64,000 nucleotides of DNA from Blepharisma stoltei ATCC 30299 (taxonomy: Eukaryota > Protista > Ciliophora), in assembly GCA_965603825.1 (NCBI GenBank), contig CBFDEM010000028.1:558001-622000 (forward strand), written 5' to 3'. Of the stretch, positions 1-12,020 are shown in pieces. The notes under the pieces are model-generated. The model saw only the letters and a list, made by a program, of their open reading frames with translations, searched no databases and was not told the DNA's origin. Position 1 is the first letter of the stretch, and each line of letters starts with the position of its first letter. A program made the position numbers and the translations under genes.

Positions 1-1176
1 AAGCTCATTTTCTTCATCTATATCTGGAGGGACATCCAAAGCTAATTGGATTTTTGAGAAAAATAGTGGTAAAAGTCCTGCACATATATAAGCAATTAAA
101 AATAACGGAAAGGCGTATTTTCACATGTACTCTGTTGTGGTGTCCTCTGCTACTATTAAGCTGAACAGCTTATATATTCCAATGCTAATACCAGCAGAAA
201 TCGCATACCTGAGAAAACTTTTCCATAAACTTGTGCACCCCCAAAACATCGATAAATATTTTGCAGTAAACATAGACCCAGTCACAAACCCTAAATTATA
301 AAAAATCCAAGCAGACTTATAAAATGTAGACGCCCCGCCTACATCATAATTCCAGTTACAATGTGTCGTCGCATTTTTTATCCATGAAATATCAGTCGCA
401 TGATTTAGTGTAACAATATCATATATAGATACTACCCCTAGCAATAAAAACATAGTCACAATAAATCAATAAACCACATAAACTCTATTAGTTTTGTAAT
501 TAAAGCAGCTTTTTAATGTAAAATCCATCATAAGTTTGTCAAACACAAATAAAGCTGTCAAATAAATAAAAGCATAGCAAAATGTAATAAAAATTTGATG
601 CGGGAAATATTCTCCTAGATATACGGTGCCGCAGCTTAAAAGGATAAGCAGAGTTACTGTCAAAGAATAAGCAAGAATTCGAAATCTGCTGCGGTGAAAA
701 AATTCAATCGCAGTGGTGCAGTATAATACGGAACCTAATAAAATTTCTGCAGCTGGATTCGCATAGCCTGACCTGCATAGCACACTTCTTAAATCATCAT
801 CAACCCAAAATGGCCGTGGCTCTTTGTAAAATAAAGCAATAAAGCTATACAAGTACATTGAGAAGCAAGAAATAAATATCACTTTAATTCCTCTCCTTGG
901 ATCACATAGGTGATAAAAAGCTGGTGCTACAGCAATCAGCATTCATTCTGTGCCGAGATAAGAAACCAGCCTAAAAAAATCTTTTCCACTATCAGTTCGG
1001 TCTTGTTGGAGATCATAAATAAATCCTGTTCCTCAATTTGATAAGACTTCTCTTAAGAGACCTTCTAGAGGAATTATAAAAAGTAAGGTAACTAATGCTA
1101 AAATACGGACGAGGATTGAGGTTTTCACTAAAGTGTCATCAGCTATTTTTGGCACAAAAGCATTGCCTCGTTTCAT
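1..1176 (-). CDS. PAP2/glucose-6-phosphatase-like multi-pass membrane protein (3' end runs off the window; catalytic motifs degenerate)
   Basis: ATG at 1176 (MKRGNAFVPK...). One frame joins ORFs 466..942 and 121..459 through TGA=Trp and stays open to position 1. It has YKEPRPFW and CxxGYANP motifs and many hydrophobic helices. Confidence 0.7.
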
Positions 1177-1214
1177 TTATATTTTAATAATAATTTTATA
1201 TTAAACTAAGCTGG

Positions 1215-2222
1215 CTAATCAAGTCTATATGCCAACATAGGCTTCGCGTTCTTTTTAAATGAACTTTCGTTGAACCCAGTTTTGAACTTAAACTGCTTCG
1301 TGACTGGAGTAATTGGAGTATACTTCATATTAGGCATAGTGACTTGTAAAGAATCAGTCAAAACATCAGATTTCTCATCATAAGGGCCTTTTGCTAAAAA
1401 TCTGGCTAAACCTGACATTTCTTCTTCATTCTGCTGTGGTGCTATACCAGACATAGAATGTGTATGCTTCTTTTCATAGTCTTTTTTTCTTGAGTAAAAT
1501 GAGGTGAATGATGTTTGAGAGATTTTGGAGTCCGATAGCATTGACATAGAAGATGCATCTGGGAGAATTCTTTCATAGAGCTGAGGCTGAAATGTGCACT
1601 CGTCTAATTCTTTGTTTTTATTTTTGCTTTTCTTTTCTTCGATTTTAGAATTTTTCTTTTCAAGCCAGATGTGAGTGCGGTCAATGACACTTAAATTTGA
1701 CTTGTCAATTGATTCATTTTTGGCTTCTACTGTAGGGTTTTTTTGGTCTGTTTCGTTAGTGCCAAAAGAATGAGGGCGGGCTTTCAATGAGTCCAGAAGG
1801 CTTTCTGTTGATATTCTAAGCGATCCAGATGCTCGATTGGATTTTTCAATAACTTCAATTTTCTTTTGTACTTTAATTTCGACGTTCTGCTTATCTTTTA
1901 TTTTTGCAGCAAGTTTTCTCGACCTAGGATTAATTTCTGGAGCTTGTCGTAGCTCACTTACTTCTTTGGCCTGCTTTTCTAAAACTTTAAGATTGAGTTT
2001 TGCTTGGTATTCTGCTTGCTTAGCAAAGAGAGTTTCTTCTCGGCCCGACATGGTTGAAAGTGAGGAAGATTTCTTTAATGACCTAAAACTTTTGGAAACA
2101 TCAGAGTTTGCACGCTCACGTGAGATTTCTCCTGTTTTGAGGTTAACGCTTATGTTCACACTAGCAATTTGATTGCCTGAGTGAAGCTGCTGATTGATGG
2201 AGACTGCTTCTTTTTCAGTCAT
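1215..2222 (-). CDS. Uncharacterized charged/coiled-coil protein with PxINxxS and ECTFQP motifs
   Basis: 335-aa uninterrupted ORF, ATG in AT-rich context, ends in TAG. Confidence 0.7.
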   Translation of the reverse strand: MTEKEAVSINQQLHSGNQIASVNISVNLKTGEISRERANSDVSKSFRSLKKSSSLSTMSGREETLFAKQAEYQAKLNLKVLEKQAKEVSELRQAPEINPRSRKLAAKIKDKQNVEIKVQKKIEVIEKSNRASGSLRISTESLLDSLKARPHSFGTNETDQKNPTVEAKNESIDKSNLSVIDRTHIWLEKKNSKIEEKKSKNKNKELDECTFQPQLYERILPDASSMSMLSDSKISQTSFTSFYSRKKDYEKKHTHSMSGIAPQQNEEEMSGLARFLAKGPYDEKSDVLTDSLQVTMPNMKYTPITPVTKQFKFKTGFNESSFKKNAKPMLAYRLD

Positions 2223-2698
2223 AATTATTTATTTAGATTAAAATAGATTTTTTTTGAAAATTGAAATCAATTGTTTAAATACTAATACTGAGAAATTCTA
2301 ATTTTTTATTCAAAAATTTTAATACTTTGTTTCTTTAGAGTAAAATCTCTTTTATAAAATTAATTAATGGCTCATAAGGATCTTTAGAAAGCTGAGCTAT
2401 TAGATTAATAAGATAAGATTAAAAAATTTTGTAAATATCCTTTTTGTCAATAGAGAGAAATAGTCTTCATTTATTAAGCAATCCAAACTAGAATAAATAA
2501 TACTAATTATTTATAAATTATCTCTTATAAATCATGCTTTTAATTAATATCTGGCGGCTAAATTGCCAACTGAAATAAAGTCTTAGTTTAAAATACATTT
2601 TTTATTGTTCCTATATAAAAATTCATACAAATTCTCTCAAAATTTACGAAACCTCTATTTATCATTAAGTAAACAATGATAATTTCATATAATCTTAA

Positions 2699-3718
2699 AT
2701 GAGCTTCAAAAATGACAACATTCGCATAGCTGGCAAATACAGACTCGGTGGGAAAATAGGTAGTGGCTCATTCGGTGAAATTTATCTTGGTACCAATGTT
2801 CAAACAAACGAAGAGGTAGCGATTAAGCTTGAGCGTGCTGATTCACGTCACCCTCAACTTCTTTATGAATCTAAACTATATCGCCTCTTACAAGGTGGTG
2901 TAGGGATCCCAAACATTCATTGATTTGGAGTAGAAGGTGAATATAACATAATGGTCTTAGATCTACTCGGCCCTTCTCTAGAAGATTTATTTTCAATGTG
3001 CAACCGTAGGTTTTCTTTAAAAACTGTTTTAATGTTAGCAGATCAGATGGTTTCTCGAGTCGAATTTTTCCATGCTAAGAATTTTTTGCATAGAGACATT
3101 AAGCCTGATAACTTCCTAATCGGACTTGGCAAAAGAGCAAACCAGATTTTTATCATAGACTTTGGCTTAGCTAAGAAATATCGAGACCCAAAAACTCAGC
3201 AGCATATCCCATATAGAGAAGGCAAAAGTTTAACTGGCACTGCCAGATATGCAGCTGTTAACACCCATCTCGGAATTGAGCAGTCCCGCAGAGATGATAT
3301 CGAAGGACTTGGCTTTGTTTTTATGTATTTTCTAAGAGGAAGCCTGCCATGGATGGGTATCCGAGCTCATTCAAAAAAAGAAAAGTATGACTTAATAATG
3401 CAAAGAAAGCTCGACACTAGAACTGAAGTTTTATGCCAAGGATTTCCTCAGGAATTTACAACTTACATGAATTATGCTAGAGGGCTCAGGTTTGAAGAAA
3501 GGCCTGACTATGCTTACTTGAAGAGAATGTTTAAGGACTTATTTTTCAGAGAAAATTATCAATATGATTTTATTTATGATTGGACAATTTTGAATTTTGT
3601 AAAAAATATTTAGAATAAAAACAGCAGAAATGAAGAAAGAGCAAAAGCTGAAGAAGAGAAAGCACCTCAGCAGCAGCAAATTGAAGAGCTTAGACCTCAG
3701 CAAAGGCGAAATGTGTAA
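2699..3718 (+). CDS. CK1: Casein kinase 1 (CK1 delta/epsilon-like)
   Basis: [31 protein letters not shown] and SRRDD motifs. TGA 2921-2923 falls in PNIH[W]FGVEG. A 15-nt intron at 3599-3613 removes the TAG and extends the protein to ...QRRNV* (TAA 3716-3718). Confidence 0.96.
3599..3613 (+). other. 15-nt spliceosomal intron (CK1)
   Basis: GTAAAAAATATTTAG; phase 0, in-frame TAG, A at position 10. Confidence 0.85.
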
Positions 3719-3744
3719 TTAAAGTCTTTATTATATAGAATCAT

Positions 3745-5307
3745 TTATAGTTTTCACTTTTGGGTTAATCATTGTATCCCGTCTATCCCCCACGGGTCGG
3801 ATTTTACAGTAGAAACTTCTTCTTTTTGCTCTTCTTGTGGATGAATTTCTAGCTGTGGTATAGGTCCTGGGATTTCATTATTAAGCTCTTGTTTCTCAGA
3901 GCCTTTTTGTGTGGATGCATTTTTAATTTTTTGCATTAATTCTTCGTTTTTTAGCGTAAGGTTTTCATTCATGACTTCTATGCTTTCAATGTATCTTTCG
4001 TGCTTATTTATCTGCTCTTCTGCTTTTAACAATTTTTCTTGGGCTTCTTTTATTGTGATTTTTAAACAATTATTTTGGCTTTTAAAAGCTTCAATTTCTT
4101 CGAGTAGTGAGGCTTTTTCGTTTTCGAGCTTTTTGCACTTTTCTTGGACATCTTGTATAGTGGTTTCAGATTTTGTATTGGCTGAGCCTAAGGATTCCGC
4201 TCGGCATTTTATTTCTTCTCGCTCTTCAACTGCTTCAAGGTATTTTATTTGCAGACGGGCTAAGTCAGCTTTATACATGTGAATTAAATCCTCATATTCG
4301 AGCAGCTTATCTTTTGACTTAAGATATTCTTCTTTAAGCTCACTCATCTCATCAGGGTCATTTAGTTTTAAATCCTTCATATGAAAAGAAGTTTGCCGCT
4401 GAGATTTATCATTAGCTAGCTCAACCATAATCGGATCCTCAATTGCATCAGGCAAAGGAGCAGGCTTCGGCTCATATTCCTCAATTTTTTGATTAAACCT
4501 CACCCCTTTCACCTGTATCGGCTCATATTCAAAATTTTTTGTTTTTCCTTTCGGCGGATTTAATCTACTTTTTCACCTTTTATATATTTTGCACACATCA
4601 TTAATTTCATCATTTAGCACAATCAGTTCATAAATATCCTCTTCATTAGACTCCTCCATAGACTCCGCAATTCTTTTTTCAATATTTCTTTTGAACTCTT
4701 TCACAGTCCTCAATTTTTCCTTCACCTCACTAATATCTCCATTATTTTCAATCAGTTTTTTTATGCTTTTTAAAAGCATTTTTATTGAATTTTCTTCATC
4801 ATTTGGTTCTATTTGTGGAAAAGTGACACCTTTATTTTTTAAATCCATGTAAATTTTGAAAAAAATTGTTTCTCTGCCCATTTCGTCAGCACCAAATCTC
4901 CCAGCTCATTCTTCTATACATTGTAGGAGAAGATTTAAAAAACCTGCTGATGCGTTTTGTTCAGATTTTGAGTCAGACTGGAATAGTGTTTTTCCTCTCT
5001 GAGGATCGCTTGAGTCTGACTGGTAAGAGCATAGAGATCGAAATCGTGAAGCTAATTTTTTGGCTAGATAGGTCAGAAAATAAGAATTCCCGGTATCAGC
5101 ACAAGCTTTAATAATTTTTAAAGCCTGGAGTTTTATTGTAGGAGAATATTGGTGGGATTTTATTAATTTTTTAAGATTCTGAATGAGAGATCGACAGGGG
5201 GAATAGCCTGCATTTGAGAATTCTTGAGCAATTTGGCTAATTAAAGCTGGGGCATCTATTGTAGTCAGAGCTCTTCTAATTAATTCATTAATTTCGTCTT
5301 CTTTCAT
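3745..5307 (-). CDS. VHS/ENTH-like plus GAT-like plus coiled-coil membrane-trafficking adaptor (TOM1/GGA-like architecture)
   Basis: Three track ORFs share one frame, joined by TGA=Trp (LLLQCIEE[W]A...IYMDLKNKGVTFP is typical of a VHS C-terminus). First TAA is at 3745-3747. A DPW motif lies near the end. Confidence 0.7.
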
Positions 5308-5942
5308 TTATGAATTTTTTCTTATTGATTATAAGTTAAATATAGCACAGGAGAATCCCTAAATTAGCATAAAATTATCAAAAAATCAATATTTACTATA
5401 GGACAAAAATTGGAGAACTTGCTAAAACGCGCTAGAATAGTCAAGGAATTGCTAATCGTTGATGGAAAAGCTAAGAAAAAACACAAGTTTAAGCTAAAAT
5501 GTCTAAAATGGGCTAATAATAATCAAGTAGATTAGCCCTTATGCTAACATGAGCTAAAATAAATGCTAAAAAATTTTTTTTAGCTAAAATGTAAAAATGC
5601 ACATTTAATAAAATCTACTATTTCAGACTAATTTTTTTAATATACATTGATGAGATAAAATTACTAGCTGTGGCAATAAATTGATTAAATTGGGTATATT
5701 AAAGCATGTGTTCTTTATTATACTATATTATATAATATGATATCCCTTAACTTAATATAAATATACAAATAGATAAAAACTTTTGCAAAGAAAGTTATCT
5801 TATCTAACAACTAGCAAATGATTATGGTGGCACAACATTTATTTTTTATTTTTAGCACGTATTTACCTGATAATTAATTTTCTTGATGATTATTAGCCTA
5901 TTTAGACATTTTTAGCTTATTATTCTGAAAGAGAAACTTATT

Positions 5943-6398
5943 CTAACGATAACTCTTTTGTCTTCTTGCTCTTGCGCCAGGACCACCATATTTCTTAGGC
6001 TCCTTTCTTCTTGGGTCTGCCACCAGCAAGCTTCTATCATAAGCCAAAATCATTTCTTTTATTTGTCTTTTTGATGCTTCGTCCACATATTTTTGGTAAA
6101 AAGCAATAATTCCTTTTGCGATGGCTTGTCTGACTGCATAGATTTGGCTTACATAGCCACCACCGTGAACTCTGATTTTAAAGTCGACTTTGCTGAATCT
6201 GGATTCCCCAAGAAGGAGAATTGGCTCTAGTACTTTAACTCTCAATGTCTGTGGCTCCACCAGATGCAGAGGGACACCATTAACTCTGATCATTCCTTTG
6301 CCTTTGGTGATCAATGCAACTGCCTGAGCGTGCTTCTTTTTTCCGTATGTTTGGACACTTTCGACGCGTGGAAGATGAGTATGGACAGGCTGGGCCAT
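5943..6398 (-). CDS. RPS16: 40S ribosomal protein S16 (uS9)
   Basis: [23 protein letters not shown] and [24 protein letters not shown]. Confidence 0.98.
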   Translation of the reverse strand: MAQPVHTHLPRVESVQTYGKKKHAQAVALITKGKGMIRVNGVPLHLVEPQTLRVKVLEPILLLGESRFSKVDFKIRVHGGGYVSQIYAVRQAIAKGIIAFYQKYVDEASKRQIKEMILAYDRSLLVADPRRKEPKKYGGPGARARRQKSYR

Positions 6399-6482
6399 TT
6401 TAAGATTTATGGTAAACTTTTGATCTAGTAAAGCTCCATTAAATAAGGATAAAATTATCTAGGAAAGGAAAGCTAGCTTTGA

Positions 6483-7913
6483 ATGGAAGTCACAAGATCG
6501 AATTTATCCAAAATCCTGCCTAATTTAACCACGATTTTCCGAAATGCAGATTTTCTTTCTTTTGATATGGAATTCACAGGTTTGCCTCAAGATTTCTCAT
6601 ATGATAAATATTCAAATCTATCACAATACTTGATGTTAAGAGACAGCATTCTTAAATATTTTCCATTTCGTGCAGGGATCTGTGCATTCTCTATAACCCC
6701 TGAGTCTATCAAGGTATATCCTTACACATTTTATCTATTCCCGTCGACATCTCACCCCCTTGATCGTTCCTACTCAATTTCTAACGATATGAAATTCGCC
6801 GCAAAATCAGGCCTCGATTTCAATAAACTTTTCAAAGAAGGAATTGGCTTTAAATCAAGGGTCGATATTATAGAAAAAACTAATAAAAATTATAAAGAAA
6901 TTTCTCATGATATGAGAGCTTTTCATGCTTTGTGTAGAGATAAAGTCTTGCTTTGGGATGATGAAGATGATGAAATTTTATTAGATGCCAAATATATGAG
7001 ATTTCATGTAATTGATTACACAATTCAAGAACTGGAAAAAGAGTTTGGGGTTACTGGAGAAATCAAGAGGGAAAATGAAATACCTGTAGGAATTTTGTTA
7101 AGAAGAGGCAAGAGGGAGCAAAAAATAGTAAACATTGATGGATTTTCACAAGTTATTGATTTAATGCTAGGCAAACCACTTGTTGGGTACAACATGTATT
7201 TTGACCTTTTGCATTTATATGATAAATTTATCAATCCACTTCCTATAAACTTTAATGAGTTTGCTTTCAATTTGCAAGAAAAATTCCCTGACCTGCTTGA
7301 TACAAAATCAATTATTCAAACATCAGCAGCAGTAAACCAATATGTAACTAATAATTAGTTTGGCAATGCAAGGCTATCACAAGGTTTACATGATTGCTGA
7401 GATATTTTGCAAAAAGATAAAGAATATCAATCATCTTTAAAATTTGAAATTGAGCCTCCTTTTGATGGAAAGGTTCAGCATAGTGCAGGATTTGACGCTT
7501 TTATATCAGGCTCTATCCTCTTAAAATCAATGAAAATAATGAATCTTCCCCTGAATAAAATTTTTGAGAAATCAAAAAATAAATTCTTTTTCTCAGTAAA
7601 CAAAAAATGTGTGGATTTAGAAAAGCAGAAAAAAGAAGAAATTTTTCTATTGAAGCTTGAAAGCGAGATTGAGCAAAAAGAGTTAAAAGAGCATTTGGAA
7701 AAGATTTATGGGACAATTTTTTTGCTGGAAGCTAAAGAAATGCCTTTAACTTATTTTGTGATCCCCAAAACACAAAAAGCAAAAAAACAAATTGAGAATA
7801 TGTTGAAGCATAAGACACCTTCTCTGCAGATTTCGAAAACAGAAGGGAAGTTTTCAGTATATCAAAAAGATCAAAAAATCGAAAAATGCCAAATTGAGTT
7901 ATGCTTAAATTAA
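6483..7913 (+). CDS. CAF1/PARN-family DEDD 3'-5' exoribonuclease (poly(A)-specific ribonuclease-like)
   Basis: SFDMEFTGL, GYNMYFDL, DTK and HSAGFDAFISG motifs. The two ORFs are joined by intron 7344-7358 and one TGA=Trp. Confidence 0.88.
7344..7358 (+). other. 15-nt intron (PARN-like)
   Basis: GTAACTAATAATTAG; removal keeps the frame to the final DEDDh motif. Confidence 0.9.
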
Positions 7914-8264
7914 TTATCACTCTTTTCTAAGTTTCTTATCTTGGAATTAATAAATCACACTAATTCTAATTGAGCCCATGAATATTTTCAGCTTCAAATA
8001 GGCAAGTTAAAACATTTTATAAATAAAGCCTTATGTTTTCAGCTGGGAAGTAGTCTAACCATAAAAAGCCTAAAAACGATACAAATTTTTAAAAGCTGCC
8101 ATGGCTAAATGCAATATCTATGCTTTTAGATTGAATGCATCTATCTGATCTTTTAATGATTATAAGCTTAAGCCTTACTTATATTTATATGAAGGTATAT
8201 TTGACACTATATGCACTTTTTTACTGAAAATTGCAGTTTTCAACAAAGTTTGTTAACTAGTTAC

Positions 8265-8435
8265 TTAAACCTTGAGCTTGGTTCTTCTCCAGTGTCTTCT
8301 CTTAGAATTGTAGCGCTGAGTATTGTCTGTCTTATAGAAAGCCCATCTAGGCATAGGCCTGTTTTGTTTTCTCAGTCTGCCCATCGTTTTTTTCGCTCTC
8401 AGAGATTTGACAGCTCCCTATATAGTTTTTACCAT
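8265..8435 (-). CDS. RPL39: 60S ribosomal protein L39 (eL39); not in the ORF track
   Basis: ATG 8435-8433, intron 8418-8432, then [50 protein letters not shown] (51 aa in total), with the eL39 signature [10 protein letters not shown]. Confidence 0.97.
8418..8432 (-). other. 15-nt intron immediately after the RPL39 start codon
   Basis: GTAAAAACTATATAG on the minus strand; in-frame TAG, A10. Confidence 0.92.
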
Positions 8436-8733
8436 TTGCGAGATTTATTTATTAATGGCCGATCCTTTTATAATAAATAGTCGAAGCAGTCAATTATAAA
8501 AATTATACTGTCTTGGACCTTTTTCTTGTCTCTTTGAGATGTCTATTCGTAATAGCATGACTGATCATTTAAAAGACTTACCCACATAAACATTTTAATA
8601 AAGATTAAAAAATGCATCACAGATAGAGAAATTCATCTAAAATTGCAGGATTTATTTAGAAAACAATTATTATTGCTAAACTCTAACTTCTCATCCAAAA
8701 TCACAGAAAATTGAGATCAGTTTACATTAACAA

Positions 8734-9321
8734 TTATTTAGCTTTAGATTTATCTTCTTTTTCATCATCTAATTTTATCAAATTGACTCTTCCATGCTTC
8801 ATATCACTATTTCCTCGATAATCCCCAATATTAGCCTTTGTTTCTTTCAATACTTCTTTTCTCCTCTCAATATCATCTAACTGGCCTCTAAGTTTCGTAA
8901 CTTCTTCTTGGACACTACTAAATTTCCCAGTCAATCCTTCAATATTCGTATGTATATTTGCTAAAACCTCAGCCTTGCTTGCTTCTTTTCTAATTCCTTC
9001 TTGATGATACTTATTCAGTTCATACATACCCCATGTAAACAAAGTCCCATAAACTAAAATTTCTCCAAAAAATTCGATACCTTGGTCAACTGCTTTATCT
9101 TCTGTTAGAGGCTTGATATAAGAGTCGCCGCCAGACATATTAAAAGCTCGCCTTTGGATTCTAATATTAATGGTATGATAAAATTGCCCTAAATTAACAA
9201 GGACTTTTTTTGTATACATGGATTGCCTGTTGTTGCTTTTTAGTCCTAGTTTTATGTAGTTCGTGACAGGCTTAGTAAACATCCTGATCGTCAAAGACAG
9301 AAGTTTCCCCCAAGGTACCAT
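8734..9321 (-). CDS. OPA3: OPA3-family mitochondrial protein
   Basis: N-terminal PWGKLLSLTIRMFTKPV, IKPLTEDKAVDQGIEFFGE and a C-terminal coiled coil match the OPA3 pattern. Confidence 0.85.
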   Translation of the reverse strand: MVPWGKLLSLTIRMFTKPVTNYIKLGLKSNNRQSMYTKKVLVNLGQFYHTINIRIQRRAFNMSGGDSYIKPLTEDKAVDQGIEFFGEILVYGTLFTWGMYELNKYHQEGIRKEASKAEVLANIHTNIEGLTGKFSSVQEEVTKLRGQLDDIERRKEVLKETKANIGDYRGNSDMKHGRVNLIKLDDEKEDKSKAK

Positions 9322-9406
9322 TTATGTCTATAATGAATTATATTTATAGCTCAAAAATCTTTTAAATTTCAAAATAAATTAATTTACAAGTTAATTAAAT
9401 AATTAT

Positions 9407-10540
9407 TTATCTTTTGTCTTTTTCTATTTGCAATCTCCAGGATTCTGAAAATTCATTGAATTTAGACATGAATTCTTGGTGGTATCCTTCAGTAGAGGGT
9501 TTTGGGATTGATAGCTTTGGCACTGAAGCAGTTATATCACGCTTCATGCTTGAAACATCTGAATAGTCTGTACTGCTAGCTGAGTCTTCACCAGCTGAAA
9601 TTAGGGGGCTTTTGTGCTCTTTTGGCTTTTTTTTGAGATTGTTATATATTTCTTGAATTGGATACCCTTGTTTTTCAAGAGTGCTTAGTAGTTTTATATA
9701 CTTTTTCTCTCTTACTATAGACTCATGTAGCTTCTTGTTAACTAAATTTAACTCAGATTTCAAATTTTTACATTGCTCTGCTAGCTTATCATTTTGTTGA
9801 TTTTTAACCAATCTTGCCAAATTTACAGAATCTTGATTTTCTGCTAAATCAAAAGATTTTTTCAATATTTTTTCATTTTTAAGCTGATTTTTACACAAAT
9901 GTTCAATATACCCATCATAAATATCTTTTATTTTTATTAAAACAGACGTAAACTCATTATCATTTTCCAGCACTTTTAAAAATGTCCTTTTTGCACATGA
10001 TAAATATTTATCAAATTTCAAATCCATATCTATGTTTTCTATTTTCTGAAGTTCTTGGTCAAACTTATGCTCAAAATCGCTTATCGTTTTAGATTTTTGA
10101 ATTACTTTAATTGAGCTCTCATGAAAAATCTGCTTATAATTATCCATAGATTGGTCTAATTTTTCTATTTTTTCATCATTAGAATTAACTACTGATGACA
10201 GTGCTAAAGTTTTGTTAAGAGGGTCAATAGCAAAACTAGAAGAAAAGGACCTACTGTTCCGTTTCGACTTTAGCTTAGGTTTTATGTCAATTTTGGTCAG
10301 ATTTAGATCATTTGGATTCTTAATAGATGATTTTGATCTGGGTTTTATAATTTTTTTCATTGGGGACTTGCTCTTAAGTTTCGTTGTTTCGTTTAGCTTG
10401 GGGAATTTTGAAAGGGATAGGCCAAGATTTGAGTAGGCTTTGGAGAAAGAGGAATGAATTTGCTGGGCTTGTGATGATTTATCAGGTTTAGGGACTAAGG
10501 ATTCGCTGCTTTGCTTTCTTGATAGACTCGGTCCTGACAT
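9407..10540 (-). CDS. Uncharacterized coiled-coil protein
   Basis: 377-aa ORF with a C-terminal YHQEFMSKFNEFSESWR motif. Confidence 0.7.
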   Translation of the reverse strand: MSGPSLSRKQSSESLVPKPDKSSQAQQIHSSFSKAYSNLGLSLSKFPKLNETTKLKSKSPMKKIIKPRSKSSIKNPNDLNLTKIDIKPKLKSKRNSRSFSSSFAIDPLNKTLALSSVVNSNDEKIEKLDQSMDNYKQIFHESSIKVIQKSKTISDFEHKFDQELQKIENIDMDLKFDKYLSCAKRTFLKVLENDNEFTSVLIKIKDIYDGYIEHLCKNQLKNEKILKKSFDLAENQDSVNLARLVKNQQNDKLAEQCKNLKSELNLVNKKLHESIVREKKYIKLLSTLEKQGYPIQEIYNNLKKKPKEHKSPLISAGEDSASSTDYSDVSSMKRDITASVPKLSIPKPSTEGYHQEFMSKFNEFSESWRLQIEKDKR

Positions 10541-10925
10541 TTATCTTATGAAAGACCTCTTAAATTTTGATTAAACTTTATTTCGCCTGATTGAGCTGAT
10601 TTTAATAATAAAATATAATAAATGTGTTCTATCATAATCAATTTGAGCAAAAAATCATTTATTTTAATAATATGTTATAATATGAAATCAAAAATTCAAT
10701 CTAATAATTTGGGAATTTAAAATTATATTTAACTAATGTATTCTGCTAGATAAAAATAATATAAATCGATATCAATTATTTATCAAGATTTACATAAGAG
10801 GTAAATAAAATCAAAAAAATATTAATTCTGAACTGATAAGATTCCTAAAATAAAAAACTTGAGTGTATAATTATTGTACATATTATCAATAAAGGCCACA
10901 AAAAATACACTGATGCGTTAAAATA

Positions 10926-11525
10926 ATGAAAAATAGAGTCATTATCCATGATCATCTGACTACGAAACCAAGCTGTAACGGGAATTCTAAAAGCACAATA
11001 CAGCTTGAAGAAGAAACAGATAATCAAAAACAGTCCTTTGCCGAAGAAGTCGAAGAAATAACCTCCTTTCTCTCAACCTCCCATGGGAGCATTCAAACTT
11101 TACTAGACCAATGTAGAAAAGCCACTGATGAATACCAAAGTTTAAGAAGGCAGCTGAATCATTTAAAATTCACCAAAGACCTAAACGAAGCCACAAAAGA
11201 TGTGAAAATCGGGCTGGTATTTTATAATTAGCTTCATGAAACAATTAACAAAAAAACTGAGGAAGTTAAGATGATGGCACGCGAAAAGAAAAGGGTCGAA
11301 AAAGTGCTTAAAAATACAGAAAAAGCAAGAAAAGACCTGCATACAGAACTTAGAAATAAAGAAACCCTAATAAGGGATCTTGAACAGGTAAATAATAAAG
11401 AAACAATTTCTTTAGCGAATTTGTATTATGAGGTCACACTTGCAGCTCATAAGCTGGCCCAAAGCGAAAAAAAAGCTGACAGACTTGAAGATTATATTAG
11501 AACCCATTATAAAAATAAAAGATAA
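10926..11525 (+). CDS. Uncharacterized coiled-coil protein (one intron)
   Basis: Two same-frame ORFs joined by removing intron 11217-11231. Confidence 0.7.
11217..11231 (+). other. 15-nt intron
   Basis: GTATTTTATAATTAG; in-frame TAG, A10. Confidence 0.85.
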
Positions 11526-11551
11526 ATAATTTTTGTGACAAATAATAATAA

Positions 11552-11908
11552 ATGTGTAAACAGCTTGGAGTTGGCCTGCTTTTCATTGTCCTCGTTGGAG
11601 TAGGTGCTATGATGTGTGCTTACCCATCTGAAGTTCAGCAAAAAACTATAAAATTCTATAATACAAAGCTCCCTATGGTTCCTCTTACAAACATCCACAC
11701 GATTGCTGGCGCATTTCTAGTCCTCTCAGCATGCTTGATGATTACACTTTCTAAACATAGAGCTTGCTTTTTATTCACTGCAATGCTAGTTAATATTGCC
11801 CTCCAAGGAAATCCTTTTATATCTGGACTCAATCAAGGAGAGCAGATGATAGCGATGATTACCCTTACTAAATCAATAGCCATTATTGGTGGAAGTTTAC
11901 TTCTCTAG
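11552..11908 (+). CDS. Small four-helix membrane protein (DoxX/SURF4-like, tentative)
   Basis: 118 aa, four hydrophobic segments, GNPF motif and C-terminal KSIAIIGGSL. Confidence 0.6.
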   Translation: MCKQLGVGLLFIVLVGVGAMMCAYPSEVQQKTIKFYNTKLPMVPLTNIHTIAGAFLVLSACLMITLSKHRACFLFTAMLVNIALQGNPFISGLNQGEQMIAMITLTKSIAIIGGSLLL

Positions 11909-12020
11909 CTAATAATTAAGAAATAATGCTATCGGCATCAAATTTGTATTTAAATTAATTTTTGAGATTTATTGAGGATTGGAGAATCCAATAAAATTAT
12001 AAATAAATATTTAGAAAAAA

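Noticed and set aside
8211-8480. 89-aa plus-strand ORF
   Set aside because: Antisense shadow of RPL39.
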